In this document: in pieces, positions 51,801 to 64,000 of the stretch | Position numbering within the stretch: the stretch's first letter is position 1 | Layout of the letters: each line of letters starts with the position of its first letter | Source: Azolla caroliniana | Taxonomy: Eukaryota > Plantae > Polypodiophyta | Length of the DNA: 64,000 nucleotides | Assembly: GCA_043228905.1 (NCBI GenBank) | Contig: JBHGNT010000004.1 | Coordinates: 10,726,001 to 10,790,000 of the forward strand | Direction of reading: 5' to 3' | Made by a program: the position numbers and the translations under genes | The notes under the pieces: generated by a model | What the model was told of the DNA's origin: nothing | Database searches by the model: none | What the model saw: only the letters and a program-made list of their open reading frames with translations

Positions 51801-54315
51801 TCACGACGAACCTCCGGCATCCGTCCGGCCCGACAGTCTCGTCTGCATCATCCACTGGACACCCCTTTATCGGGATGTCATCCAAGAATGGCATGGTGAT
51901 GTCCGGGATGCAGTCCCTTAGGACCTTGTTCATTGCGTTCACCATGTGCGCCACTGAATTCGTCCCGCCTTGTGGTAGGGTACACATCCTTACTAGGCCG
52001 AGAGGGGCTCGCATCATCGTGATATCCCTACTCTCCATGGCTAGCTGGAACTGGTCGTACCCCGAGTATAAGTCATTGTCCGAATAGATCGACCTTCTAG
52101 TGAAGGCCTCCGCGAACTCGTCTATGGTCGGTCTGATTCCTGCATTACGGATGGTCACCCTGTTGACCGGTTGCAGGTCCTGAATGAAGCGCAGCGTGCC
52201 GTTCTTCTTTGGCACTGTAAACCACCGATTCGAATACGGGGCACTCGACGGTTTGAGGATGCCCATCTCCACCTTTTCCTTTCGAAGCTCCATCAACTTC
52301 GGGATGTGAGCTCTCGACACCAGAATCGGTTTGAGATTCCACGGTACATGCGGTACCGTGAAGATCACCATCGGTTCGACGATCGTCGGGTCCACGCACT
52401 TGATCTCCTCCGGCGAGAATGCGAAGGCTTTTCCATGCCTTCCGAGCATTCTCCGAAACCTGTCCTCCTACGCCGGCAGTAGAAAGCCACCCCACCGACC
52501 TTGAGCTTCCGTAGCGTTATGTCGGTGAACCGGTGCCCTATGCCAGCCGGATTCCATAAACTTGGGTCCGACGCGACCCCTTTTATCCGCTCCTCGCTAC
52601 CCTCCGGCAAGGGTGTCGTGACTGGCCTCACCTTCCGGTCCACAGTCTTGTACTTTGTATCCACGCGGGCCATCCGATCCGACCCGATCCTTTCCCCGAA
52701 GTCCGTGATGACTTCGTACATTCCCATCGAACTAACTGGAACGGTCCGTTCTTCTCTAAGGTCTTCACCGATCACCTTTCGTAACTCGCCCAAGGTGTCG
52801 TCAAAAGAGACCACCTCCATGATTTCTTCGTCCACGGCACCGGTCGGTTTCAGTCCGAACCAGATCTCGTACCTCTGGGGGGGACCGACCCCCCCGGCCT
52901 TTCCTACCCGTTTGTCTTCCACCAGAACCTCGTAGTTCTGGCAAGCGGCTTCTACGAAGCCCGTTTTCTCTTCGACCGGATCGTCCCATCTGGTGACCTC
53001 CTGGACCCGTTGTTCCACACGATCCGCCTCTTCCTTCTTCAGCCGAACTCCAGAGAGGCCTTCTAGCACTAGCGGCTAGAATCCAGAGTCCTTCACCTTC
53101 CGGGTCTCATCACCCCCGACCCGAATTCCCGCTGTCACTGAGTAGTTAACGGCTTCTACATGCCGTACCGCGGCCTCTTGCATCAACCTCTTCATTCCTC
53201 CGCGCCCCGTATTTAGTTCTAGGGCTCTCCGGGTCTTGCTCGCGTGCACCCGCCTATTCCAGAGGTACACCACGTTGGACCTGAGCGCGTCGGCAAAATC
53301 CGCACAATTCTTCCGAATGTGACCGATCGCGTCACACCACATGCACCGCTGCCTAGCCGACGGCCTCCGGTCGCGAGGTTGTTCGCCACTATCTCTCCGT
53401 GCCTGTGCGATCTGCAGGTCGCGCACCATCTATGTCAGCTCCTCCAGAGCCACTCCTCCGGATGGGCCTCTGACCACGTCGTTCGATGCCGACCCCGACT
53501 CCAGCCAAATTCGGGTCTCTTCCTTCCTACCGGCTGGCACCGATACCGGCTCCTCGAGCCTCCTCGCCGGGACCGGCCTTGACCTCGACGAGCTTTCGTC
53601 GCTCCAATCGCGTCGTTTGTCGAAACGGCTGCAGACCCGTTTTACCACGGCCCAGTCTGTTGTGAGCCCTTCGTCCGTTTCCAATAGGGGACCCACCTTT
53701 TCCCTATCGAGCGTGTACACCGACTTGACAAACAGTAGTACTCGACTCGTTTCGAGCACGGTCCGGTCCAGCATCGACAGCCGCGCAAACCGTTTTTCGA
53801 ACTCCTGGAGGAGCGTCGACGTGTTCCTCCCTTTTCCGGGGCTTTCCACCCACGCCATGAAGTCCCGCCTCGACAGCCGAAGCAAGTCGTCAAACTCGTA
53901 CTTCTCGAGGAGCTGCAGCTCGAACTCCTCCGAAGTCTGGCATCCGGCCAGCACCTCGAGCACCTCCGCGTGGATGCTCGGCGTCGCCACCCGAGGGAAT
54001 CCGGACAGCTGCTTGTCCACCAGGATATCCCTCATGATCATTTCGGCCCAGTAAGCCTCCAAATAACTTGTGGCGTCTTTCCCTCCGAACCGGCCTATAG
54101 TGCCGATGATCGATTCAATGGCTTTGTCGAGGGTACCCGTCCCCTCACGAGCGCTTACCAGCCGATTGAAGGCTACCGCCAACGCCTCTGCTAGCTCTGA
54201 TCCCCTCATCTTTCGACTCCTTTGCTGCCTTTTCACGTTGGGTTCACCAAAGATGTCGCATTGTTATGCGCATGCGTGTAGAAAGAGGTGGGACCACGGG
54301 GGCCTTGAACCGAGG

Positions 54316-54369
<54 letters not shown>

Positions 54370-54969
54370 AGAGGAGAAGAGATTTGCAGATACGCAAAAG
54401 GGAGAAGGAAAGAGAAAGAAACAGAACACTTAATTACAGTAACAGTCGATTACAATATCAAGAGATTACAAACTCTGACGATTACAACCGGCAAGGCGGC
54501 GATGGAACCGACACGGGGATCCTACTCATGCACACAAACAGAACACACTGGACCCCAAAAAAAAAGCGTAGAAGGGAGAGCCTCTGCTGGCAGCGCACGG
54601 GCTACCCACGAAGCAGAGGCGTCGAACTCCCAGCACCCACAGAGAATGACGATCGGAGGAGGAGAGAGAGCTCGGTGCTCGGTCCTGCAACACTTCGTCC
54701 TCCCTAACGCGCGATCCCTTTTCTTCCTTCTCTCCCTCCTTAAATAGTTCGCAAAAAGGGGGTGCCCCTTTCTCCCTAGTCAAAATCGCTTTATTCCTTG
54801 TCCCTTTCGACAGAGATACGCACAATCCCCTAATAAATGTATACTACCTAGTATTTACATCACCCGATCCATTTATGAATCATGTACAAAACATGAATTC
54901 ACACATCCACCCATGTAAGAGCCGGTTCATTCGCCTTTTTCTCCGATTCCGCCTATGGCCGATTTTCTT
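48797..54969 (-). mobile_element. Decayed Ty3/gypsy element G. LTRs 54254-about 54969 and 48797-49506, PBS-Trp 54233-54249, protease region missing
   Basis: Paired LTRs of about 710 bp; PPT at about 49507-49521; CMWCDAIGHIRKNC, PFLDD, VDTSP, ADRGE, WFGPY; colinear with element B. The outer end of the 5' LTR and the right TSD are not visible. Confidence 0.93.
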
Positions 54970-55469
54970 GAATAGGCAAGAAAACATCACAAGAAAGAGA
55001 CTCTTCCCTCACTACCTTACTCTTTTTCCTTTATATAAAAGTCTTCTCAACTACATAACTTTCCCTTGCTTTCTTTTTTACGCTTTTTTTAGAAGTTTTC
55101 CATCTCCTATTCTTATCTATGACACAACAATCTTCAAATCGTCATATCTCCCTCGTCCAGGCTCCAAATTTAGAATTTTAAAACGTTACGGATAGCTCTC
55201 TTCATAAGCTTTCTAACCCTTATTTGCACATTATATTTGGCTTCCAAACGAATGAGTTATGAGCGTTCGTTGCAGACTGCATTTTGGTGGCCCGCTTTTT
55301 TCTTCTTTTACTTTTCTCCATGTGTACTGCTTTTAAATTGACTTATCCTCAAAACCTTGGCTCGTGATCTTGCCCTCCGGATGTGAATGCACCATACTTT
55401 ATATTCTTGTAGACTTGAATACCTTGAATTCTAAAAATACTTTCACAGATAGGACAACATTGGAACCCA

Positions 55470-56432
55470 TGATATATAAGGGAAACCAAAACATATTCAT
55501 TCTATCAATGTGTGGAGCACAAAATGTTCAAGGCGACTTGGGCTACACTGTGTGGTGTGCACGCTTTGGGCATACACGCGTATGCATGGCCGTGTCAACG
55601 CTTCGGGCATATGCGCGTATGCATGGCCATGTTGATTCTTTGGGCGTACGCGTGTGTGCACGACCGCGTGGACGTTTTCGGACATACGCGCGTGTGCAAG
55701 TTTCTGGCGTACGCGTGCACGGCCGTGTGGACGTTTCAGATGGACACGTGTATGCGGACGAGCGCGCGGATGCGTACACGGCGCGGTCGGGACTTTTGCA
55801 CGCGGACGCATCTACGGTTTGGTTGTGACGCACTACAGATTGCGCACGAGCTAAACTTTATGGATGATTGGGTCATTTGGCCGAATTATACGGACGCTCA
55901 CATGCAACTAAAAGCCAAGGTCATGCAACGAAAGGTAAAAGGCATGCAACTAAAAATAGAGGCCATGCAACTAAAACTGGACATGCAAAGTAACATTGGG
56001 AAGGAGGATCAACAAAGAGCTCGATATATGTTCCATTTTTTTCCCCTCTTTTTTCTTTTCCCTTCTTCTCTCTCTCATTCCTTGGGGGAAGAAATCTCTC
56101 TCATCTTGATATCGGACCACTCCTTACATGGTTGTTGGCTCCTTCCTTTGAAGGATAATTTCTCATATTCATATTGGACCACTCCTTATATGGTTGTTGG
56201 CTCCTTTCTTTACAAATTTTTATCTCTCATTTTCATCTCCAACCCGTTGTAACAAGATTCTTGAATTATAAAAGAATCTATTTTTCTTATGCTATAAACG
56301 AATGTTTTCTCTCATCTACTCGTCTTATATGTGAATTTTGCTTGTGTTGTACGTGTTGCACTAATTCCTTCTAGTCCAGAACCCCGACGGTTTTGCCTCG
56401 CGATCCACACATAGTGACGGATTTTCATGACA
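55470..56432 (+). mobile_element. LTR (solo or fragment, K) of the Trp-PBS gypsy group
   Basis: 3' end CTAGTCCAGAACCCCGACGG..CGGATTTTCATGACA matches the LTR ends of A and B. No PBS follows. Left boundary uncertain. Confidence 0.6.
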
Positions 56433-56553
56433 ACGAAATGTAACTTCTCACATAGTGTGTACGCAATCGTCTCCTTGGCCATACTAAAGTAGACGTTTTT
56501 GGCCAAGTGCATTCGGACGGTCGATCTCACTATTTCGTCGAGTGATCGTCATT

Positions 56554-56848
56554 TGTTATCCCTTAGGCTGGACAAGCCCTAACACAGGGTGTCCCTATGG
56601 AACACTTCACCAAAGGGTGGTACAGGAAGATATGGATGGACAGTGATATCGAACGGGTTTTAACCAATTACTAACCGGCACTATTAATTAGTCATAACAC
56701 ACCCGTAAGATTAATTAATAGTGTCGGTTTGTAACCAGTTAAGACCCGTTCGATATCACGGTCCATCCATATCTTCCCGTACCACCCTTTGGTGAAGTGT
56801 TCCATAGGGACACCCTGTGTTAGGGCTTGTCCAGCTTAAGGGATAACA
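56554..56848. mobile_element. 295-bp fold-back element (TGT..ACA, arms about 140 bp, 4-bp flanks CATT/CAGT)
   Basis: The left arm is the near-perfect reverse complement of the right arm. It sits at the LTR/PBS junction of element H. Confidence 0.85.
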
Positions 56849-59800
56849 CAGTTTTTGGCGACCACGATTCCTGTAGTGAGCAGAGAACACCGGGGGATGG
56901 ATGTCTCGACCGACTAACAACCAAGTCACTGAACGAGGAAGAAGACTTGCCGAAAGACAAGAAAGGCGGGCAGCCTTCCAGCAAGCGGCCGAGGAGATCC
57001 GACAGGATCGGTCTTTTCCCTGAGTGCTTCGGAGGGTCGCGGAAGACGCGCTTCGATTCCAAAAAGCAACAATTTTCTGACGAGGGCAATAGTTTGACAA
57101 GCCTGCAAGAGGCAGAAGCGCGACTACAGACGCTTGCCGGAGGCAACGAAGACTCAGAGGCATTCTCGACCTTAGAGTCGGAATCAGATAGTGAACAAAG
57201 TGTTCAATCGAATTACAAAATCAGCCACAATACTCCGGACGATCCGGAGGACGACGTATCAGACGGCGCACCAACACCACCCGCGGAGACAGCGGAAAAC
57301 CGCGCACCAACACCAACCGCAGAGCAAGAACTAAACCACACATCTCTAGTACAACCTCCCGAAGACTACACCATGTCGTACCCGTATCCGAAGTACTGTG
57401 ATGACCCTGACGTGGAGGCGCATGTCTATGTGTTCCTACAATAATGGGAAGCGAACCATGTATCTCAAAGGCTGACCGAACCGGAAGCCGAACGGTATAA
57501 AATTGCCGAATTCGGCATGACATTAGAGGGACTGGCGGCCTACTAGCACGCAAAGCACCTAGCCGGAAGCTTTGCCACATTTGAGGCTTTGAAAACAAAA
57601 TTCATCCGACTATTCCATAGGCAAGTGGAACAGTGCGAACTAGTCAGACAGTTTTACACAACCCGCCAAGAGGAGCAGGAGACAGTGCCCCAATTTATCA
57701 TCCGATTTCAAACACTACACAGCCAGTTAACAAGGGCACCTCCAGAGGAGGAGGCGAAAGCAGTGTTTCTGGCCGCTTTACGGGAACCCCTCCGAATGAT
57801 GTGCGAAGTACTAGATTTCCAAGCCAACACAATGGATCAAGTCATCGATCGGGTGCTAGAAATGGATAAACATAGCTCGCTGATGACGATGGGAGCCCTA
57901 CAGAGGGCCCTTCCAAATCAGGAGGATCTCAGGTTTCGCCAGGCGTTGCAATTCACGTGTCTAAACCCAGGCCATTCAACGGTAGACTGCACAATGAGGA
58001 CGCAATGTTTGATCTGCCACTCATGGGCACACACAACGGACCGATGCAAGTACAACCTACTCAATCGACAAGCGGCACCAGTGAGGATCATTGAACCACG
58101 TAGTAGTCACGAACTGGACGACGAACGGTTCCGGAGGGAGGACCGATACCGACCAGAATGTGGGGATCGGTACAATGAGAGAAGACGCGACGACTATGGG
58201 CGCGATCGCAACGACCAACGCAGGGAAGGCCACAATCAAGATCAATATAAACGGGACTACTCACCGGATTACGACTGGAGAAGGGATGCTTATGACCGGG
58301 ACTGGTATAATAAGAACCAAGATTATAACGGTGACTGGTATGGTCGCGACTACTCTCCCACCTACAACCAGAGGAGGGGGGACCAATGAGAAAACTACGA
58401 AGACCGGCACCGGCAGGGTTACAAGAACAAACACTTTCTTAAGAAATGGAACTTTCAAAAAGAGGATCATCGGGAGCCGGCAAAGGAGTACCAATGAGAG
58501 CCGGATAGAGGCATAAGTGGCGCCCAACCGAAACAAAGAAGAACAGAAGAACCTAACCGAGCGGTAACCGGATTTCAACAGGGTACGGAAACAAAAGCAG
58601 AATCTAGCATACCCGGAAGGTGTATTGCTACTATTGCCAACAGGAAGGCCATTACAGCAACCAATGCCCAGTTAAAAGGAACGAAAAATGACCGACAGTC
58701 AATATGGTGGTAGCAGAAGTAGCGGATATACAGCAAGTCACCACCAGATCAAAAGGAAAGACGACAGAGTGGGAAGCACAAGAGGCCATATGAAAACAGA
58801 CCACTTGCTGGATTGAAAAGGCCAACAAACGCAATGTCACAGAAATGAAAGACCACATGAATGCAATGGAGGAACTCACCATAAAGGCACAACCGGAGAA
58901 CCCCACATGGCAAGCACTTTAGGAATGCCAAATCACGTTACCACTAGGCTGGTTACTGCAACTAGTGCCCCGGTTCACCGACGGGTTGAAATTGGCGATG
59001 GCTCCGTTAAGTCCTGCACCGGCTCCAACATTCTTTTCAACTCTAGAGGAAGGACCGATAGTGGTGGACACCAGCAGTCCTACAATCACTGCGATTATTA
59101 AAGGACGGGAGCTACCGGGTACAATAGTTGATGGCGGATCAGGAGTAAACGTGATAAGCCTCCCGACATGCGACACTTTGGGAATTGAGGAGTGGGAACC
59201 ATGCCCATTCTGGCTCTGGATGGCGGACACTAGCTCAGTCCGACCAGCCGGCTTGATCTGGGACTTGGAGGTGACGATCAGAGGTCATGCTTTCCGAATT
59301 TCTGCAGCAATCCTCCGATTGAACGCTCAAGAGGCATACCCACTGCTGCTAGCACGACCATGGTTGAGGACTAACCATATCAAACAAAACTAGTAGAAAA
59401 ACAATATTATGTTCCAAAGAGGGAAAACGAAAGTAAGAGTACCCACGCAACCGCAAGCAGGCCCCGGCAAAGAAGTAACCCCACTATATGCCGAAAGCAT
59501 GAACATGCTGGCAGGACTAGCCGACGAAGAGGTGGATCACTACCTTGAAGATAACCCAAGGATACCCCTCTATTCGAAGTGGACGTGGTAGAAGCGGTAT
59601 CTCCATACATTGTGCAAATGGAAGAGGCCGGGGAGGAACCGGATAAGGATGCACTCAGGTAACTACGGCAAGCACAGGGGGCTTTGGAACGGGAAATGGC
59701 GGTATCCCAACGGGTAAAGGCGTCCCAATTAGAAGAAGTAAATTTGGGCACCAGAGAGGAAGCGTGTCCGGTACACGTGGCCAAGGAGATGTCACCAGAA

Positions 59801-60294
59801 GACAAATTGGTTATGATAACATTATTAAAAGAATTCTGGGACGTATTCGCTTGGTCCTACGAATATATGCGAGGACTTGATCCCCAACTCTATCAACACC
59901 AGATTCACCTCAGCAAGGACGCTAAGCTGGTGGCACAGTGACGCTATCGGATGAACCCAAACTACACGGCAAGAGTAAAGGAGGAAATTGACAAGCTACT
60001 CCGAGTCGGCTTTATCTGGCCGGTGAAGAAGGTCACTTGGCTAAGTCCAATTGTCGTAGTGCCGAAGAAGAACGGCAAGATCCGTGTCTGTGTGGATTAC
60101 CGGAAATTAAACGCGGCAACGGTTACCGACGCATTTCCGCTTCCGTTTACAGATGAAGTTTTAGATGCAGTAGCCGGGCACGAGGTTTATAGCTTTCTCG
60201 ATGGTTTTAGCAGATATAACCAAATAAGGATGCACCCGAACGATCAAGAAAAGACAACGTTCTTGACAAAATGGGGAGTCTTTGTAGCAGTTGT

Positions 60295-61212
60295 CATAGA
60301 ACATAATATTCGTGTTCGTGCAAGCATTCAAACGTTTGGAAACGAACACGTTTGAAATGGGAAAAATACATGCTCCTTTTTTTTCATTTTTTCATTTATT
60401 GTCATTAAAATTTAGGTCATCTTCGTGGTAAGGAGTCATGCTATTGTTGTCAATGTCTTGGGTTCGATTCCCAATTTTCTCATCTCTTTCTCTCTCTCAT
60501 TAGTACCATGTCATAGCGAATTATTAGAAGTAAGCACAACCTAGTGGTAAGTTGTTGTGTTACTATTACTTGTATCTTGGGTTCAATTCTCAACTTTCTC
60601 ATATCCTCTTGTTAGTGTCATGGCAAAAATTTATGTTAGTGTCATGTTCCTTTTTCTTCTTTTTCTTTCTTTCTTTGTTATTAGAAATTAGCTCACCCGA
60701 GTGGTAAGTTGGTATGTTACTACTGCCTATGTCATGGCAAAACTTTTTATTAGTGTCATGTTCCTTTTTCTTTCTTTCTTTCTTTGTTATTAGAAATTAG
60801 GTCACCCTAGTGGTAAGTTGTTATGCTACTATTGCCTATGTCATGTTTTCTTCATATTCTCAAATATACGTTTTATGAGTTTTTGAACGTTTGATTATAA
60901 TTTATAATGACATATTTTGATTCAATCTCTATAGTTCATACTCATTTTTTTGTAAAGTTCTAAAGTGAGGATGATAGAGATGTCTTGATTCGCATCCCAA
61001 AAGTATGCATGTGGTACAATGCAAATATTGCAACCATACTTATGTTGGTGGTTCACAATGGATTAGAGTCCACTTATTAGGATTGAGAGTGAATCAATAT
61101 ATAATATAAACCCTAGTCAATCCAATCCAACTTTGAGATGATTTACCATACACGTTTGATTGAATCATTCTCAAATGCGCATGCACGTATGATACGTATG
61201 GTTCATTCTATG
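60295..61212. mobile_element. 918-bp non-coding TIR element (CATAGAA..TTCTATG, 5-bp TSD GTTGT) with internal tRNA-like repeats
   Basis: Interrupts the RT of H; removal restores GVFVAVVMMFGL. GTTGT at 60290-60294 and 61213-61217. Confidence 0.85.
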
Positions 61213-62457
61213 GTTGTAATGATGTTCGGACTCAAAGACGACGTTGGCAACCTTTCAAAGGATTATTATGGACGTATTTGGAGAATTCATACCAGCATTT
61301 ATGCAGGTATTCTTTGATGACTTCGCGGTATATAGCCAGAAAGGGGCACACCTAGACCATCTCAGGTTATGCTTGGAAAAGTGCAGAGGATACCGGTTAA
61401 GCTTAAACCCGACAAAGTGTGTCTTCAGTGTGACCAACAACACATTGTTGGGTCATATTGTTAGCAAGGAAGGGATTGTCGTGGACCCGGATAAGGTCAA
61501 GGCTATTTTGCAGGCGCCGGCACCAACGACCACCAAGGCTTTAAGCCGGTTCTTAGGACAGTTACGGTGTCATAGTCGGATGCTCCGGTACTTGGCAAAC
61601 CTCGCCACGCCACTACACGCAGTTGTACACTGGACACCGTTTAATTGGACGGATGAAGAGGACAAGGCTTACCGCGCACTCAAGGTAATGTTGTCACAAG
61701 CACAAGTGGTACAACCCCCGGACTGGTCAAAAGAGTTCCATGCCTTCGTGGATGCGTCAGATATCGCAATCGGCAGCGTACTCATGCAACTTACCGAACC
61801 GAAGTGGTACTGGCCGGTGTACTACGCTAGTCGGAAGTTGTCAAATGCGGAGCGGAATTATTCCACTACAGAAAGAGAAGCCCTAGGAATGATATACAAT
61901 GTCACCAAATATCAACATTATTTGTTGGGCCGCAAGTTTTCATTCCATGTAGACCATTCAGCGCTTTCATACTTGGTCTCGAAGGCATCACTCACCAGCA
62001 AGCTGGCCTGGAGGACATTATTATTGCAAGAATTTGAATTTAAGATCTATCACCGGCCGGGTATACAACATGTGGTTGCCGATTACTTGAGCCGATTAGA
62101 ATCTGGTTAGACCGGTGACGGTGTTTAAGATGAATTTCTGGACGCCGCATTGTTTAAAATTACAGCAGAAACCACGGTAGATGGTACAGTCGCAGACGAG
62201 GACAAATGGCTAACGAATATGCACCAGTTTTTAAGCACCGGACTACCCCTAGAGGAGATGAATGTAAACGGTTGGCGGTGCAAAGCCGACACTTTTGTCT
62301 AGTGCAGGATACCCTGTATCATAAAGGAGTGGACGGCATATGGCGGCGAGCGGTCCGGAGTGATGAAAAAGACACCATTTTACGGGAAGCGCATTGTGGG
62401 GTTGCTAGAGGACATTATGCCGGTGAAGCTACGGCAAGGAAAATATGGTGCAGCGGC

Positions 62458-63032
62458 TGTCAGGAATAGTACTAAGCAGAGATGGAATTAGTACTAAAGA
62501 AGAGCAGTACTATTAGTACTAAGAGGACGGGACCGTGTAAGACTCCCGAGAGAGAGAGAAAGAGAGATAGCAAGGATGAGAGAGAGAGAGAGAGATTATG
62601 ATAACAACCAATATATTATGTGAAGGATAAGTACAAAATGGCTAAGAGGCTTAAGACTGGCGTTGAACCAATTTGGTTCAACATAATGCCTAGTGCCTTC
62701 TTTTATAGTGTTGTCAGGAGTAATCCTGAAACTTCTAGAATGTTCCAGAGAAATCTGGAATATACATTACTTTCTTATAATAAAACATAAATGAAAATAA
62801 TATCCTATGAATTACAATAGATAGTGTGATGGTTAAGAGCTCGACCCATATACCATAAGGTTAAGGGTTCGAGTCTTGCCATATCATGACACTGAAATCT
62901 AGAATATACATTACTTTCTTATAATAAAACATAAATGAAAATAATATCCTAAGTACAATAGATGGTGTGATGGTTAAGAGCTCGACCCATATACCATAAG
63001 GTTAAGGGTTCGAGTCTTGCCATATCATGACA
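62458..63032 (-). mobile_element. Solo LTR J in the integrase of H, with a tandemly duplicated tRNA-like cassette
   Basis: TGTCA..TGACA termini; removal restores IWCSGL.WPT; imperfect TSD (GCGGC/CTGGC); minus-strand TATA near 62700; unit of about 142 bp at about 62750 and about 62894. Confidence 0.8.
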
Positions 63033-64000
63033 CTGGCTTATCGTGGCCAACGACGCTAAAAGACTCAGTCCAATATACGAAGGAATGTGATCTGTGTCAA
63101 AGAATGGGCCAGCCAACGGAACAAGCGCGCATGCCGCACCAGCAGGTACTACCTCTAGAGCCCTTCCAGAAATGGGGGTTGGACTTCGTTGAACCATTCA
63201 AGCCACCGACAATGCGAACCGGCAACAAGTACATAATTGTCACCACAAATTACTGTACAAAATGGGTGGAAGCCAAGGCACTATGGGACAATACCACGGT
63301 GTCAACGGCAAAGTTCCTGTACAAGTACATCTGGTCCCAGTATGGATGTCCAATCGAATTAATCAGTGACCAAGGTGGACACTTCCTCGGCCAAGTGGTG
63401 GAAAGTCTAACAACGTTTTATGCGGTCGTACACAAGCGAAGCACCCCTTATTACCCACAGGCCAATGGATTGGCCGAGTCCACCAATAAAACTCTGCAGA
63501 ACATTCTCCGGAAGATCGTCAATGAGAACTGAACCGATTGGGATACAAAGTTGCACAACGCGTTATGGGCTTACCAGACGACATACAAAACAAGTATCCG
63601 GACAACACCATTCTGGTTATCGTTTGGTCTCGACGCGGTGATGCCAATTGAGTTCAAGGTTCCAAGCTTACGAATACAAGTTTGGGAGCGGCTGAGCGAG
63701 GAGTCAGAAAAAATCCGGTTATCAGCACTATGCGAGCTGGAGGAGCACTGAATAGCGAGCCTAATGCAGATGGAACTTGAGCAACAATGAAGGAAAGCAT
63801 TTGTTGACCGCCACCGAAAGGGTAACAAGAAGATGTTTGGCATCGGCAAGCCGTTACTAGTGTTCCAGACCCGGATGGGCAAGATGCCGGGAAGCTACGG
63901 TTCCGGTGGACCAGACCATATTGGATAACGTGAGAGTTCAACATCTCATATCAGCTGGGAACATTAGCTGGCGAGGTGCTGGACAAGTGGGTAAATGGGT

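Larger units (their letters stand above)
56433..64000 (+). mobile_element. Decayed Ty3/gypsy element H (different lineage from B and G), running off the window
   Basis: LTR end ..GATCGTCA at 56551; PBS-like TGGCGACCAC at 56856 (possibly tRNA-Arg); gag with two knuckles; IVDGGSGVN; RVCVDYRKLN, FFDD; VDASD..YYASR; WGLDFV..SDQG..YYPQANG. Confidence 0.92.

Noticed and set aside
55248-55253. ACGAA|TG as the left end and 5-bp TSD of LTR K
   Set aside because: It appears to lie within continuous sequence of a different LTR-like region, and related element B makes a 4-bp TSD; probably coincidental.
60400-60850. CRISPR-like or other repeat-spacer array
   Set aside because: Units are degenerate along their whole length with no unique spacers, there are no cas genes, and the context is eukaryotic.
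18915-63035. Calling the tRNA-like cassettes functional tRNA genes
   Set aside because: Acceptor and anticodon stems do not pair convincingly; only A/B boxes and spacing remain.

Overview
Eukaryotic plant DNA. The PPR architecture and retroelement set suggest a non-seed plant such as a fern (inference). It holds three host genes: two convergent intronless PLS-class PPR genes without a DYW domain (1043-4645 +, 9389-12322 -) and a 4-exon LisH/CTLH-WD40 WDR26-like gene (36499-43971 -). The rest is mostly nested, decayed transposons: Ty3/gypsy elements with tRNA-Trp primer sites, Ty1/copia elements with tRNA-Met primer sites, LINE fragments and TIR elements. Two observations stand out. (1) tRNA-like A-box/B-box (Pol III-type) cassettes sit antisense near the 5' end of U3 in three dissimilar LTRs and as a tandem array in a TIR element. 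(2) Two TGT..ACA long-TIR elements have 4-bp target duplications (Ginger/GingerRoot-like); one carries a gypsy RT-thumb/RNase H frame that starts and stops inside its TIRs. All coordinates and alignments were read by eye; no searches were run.
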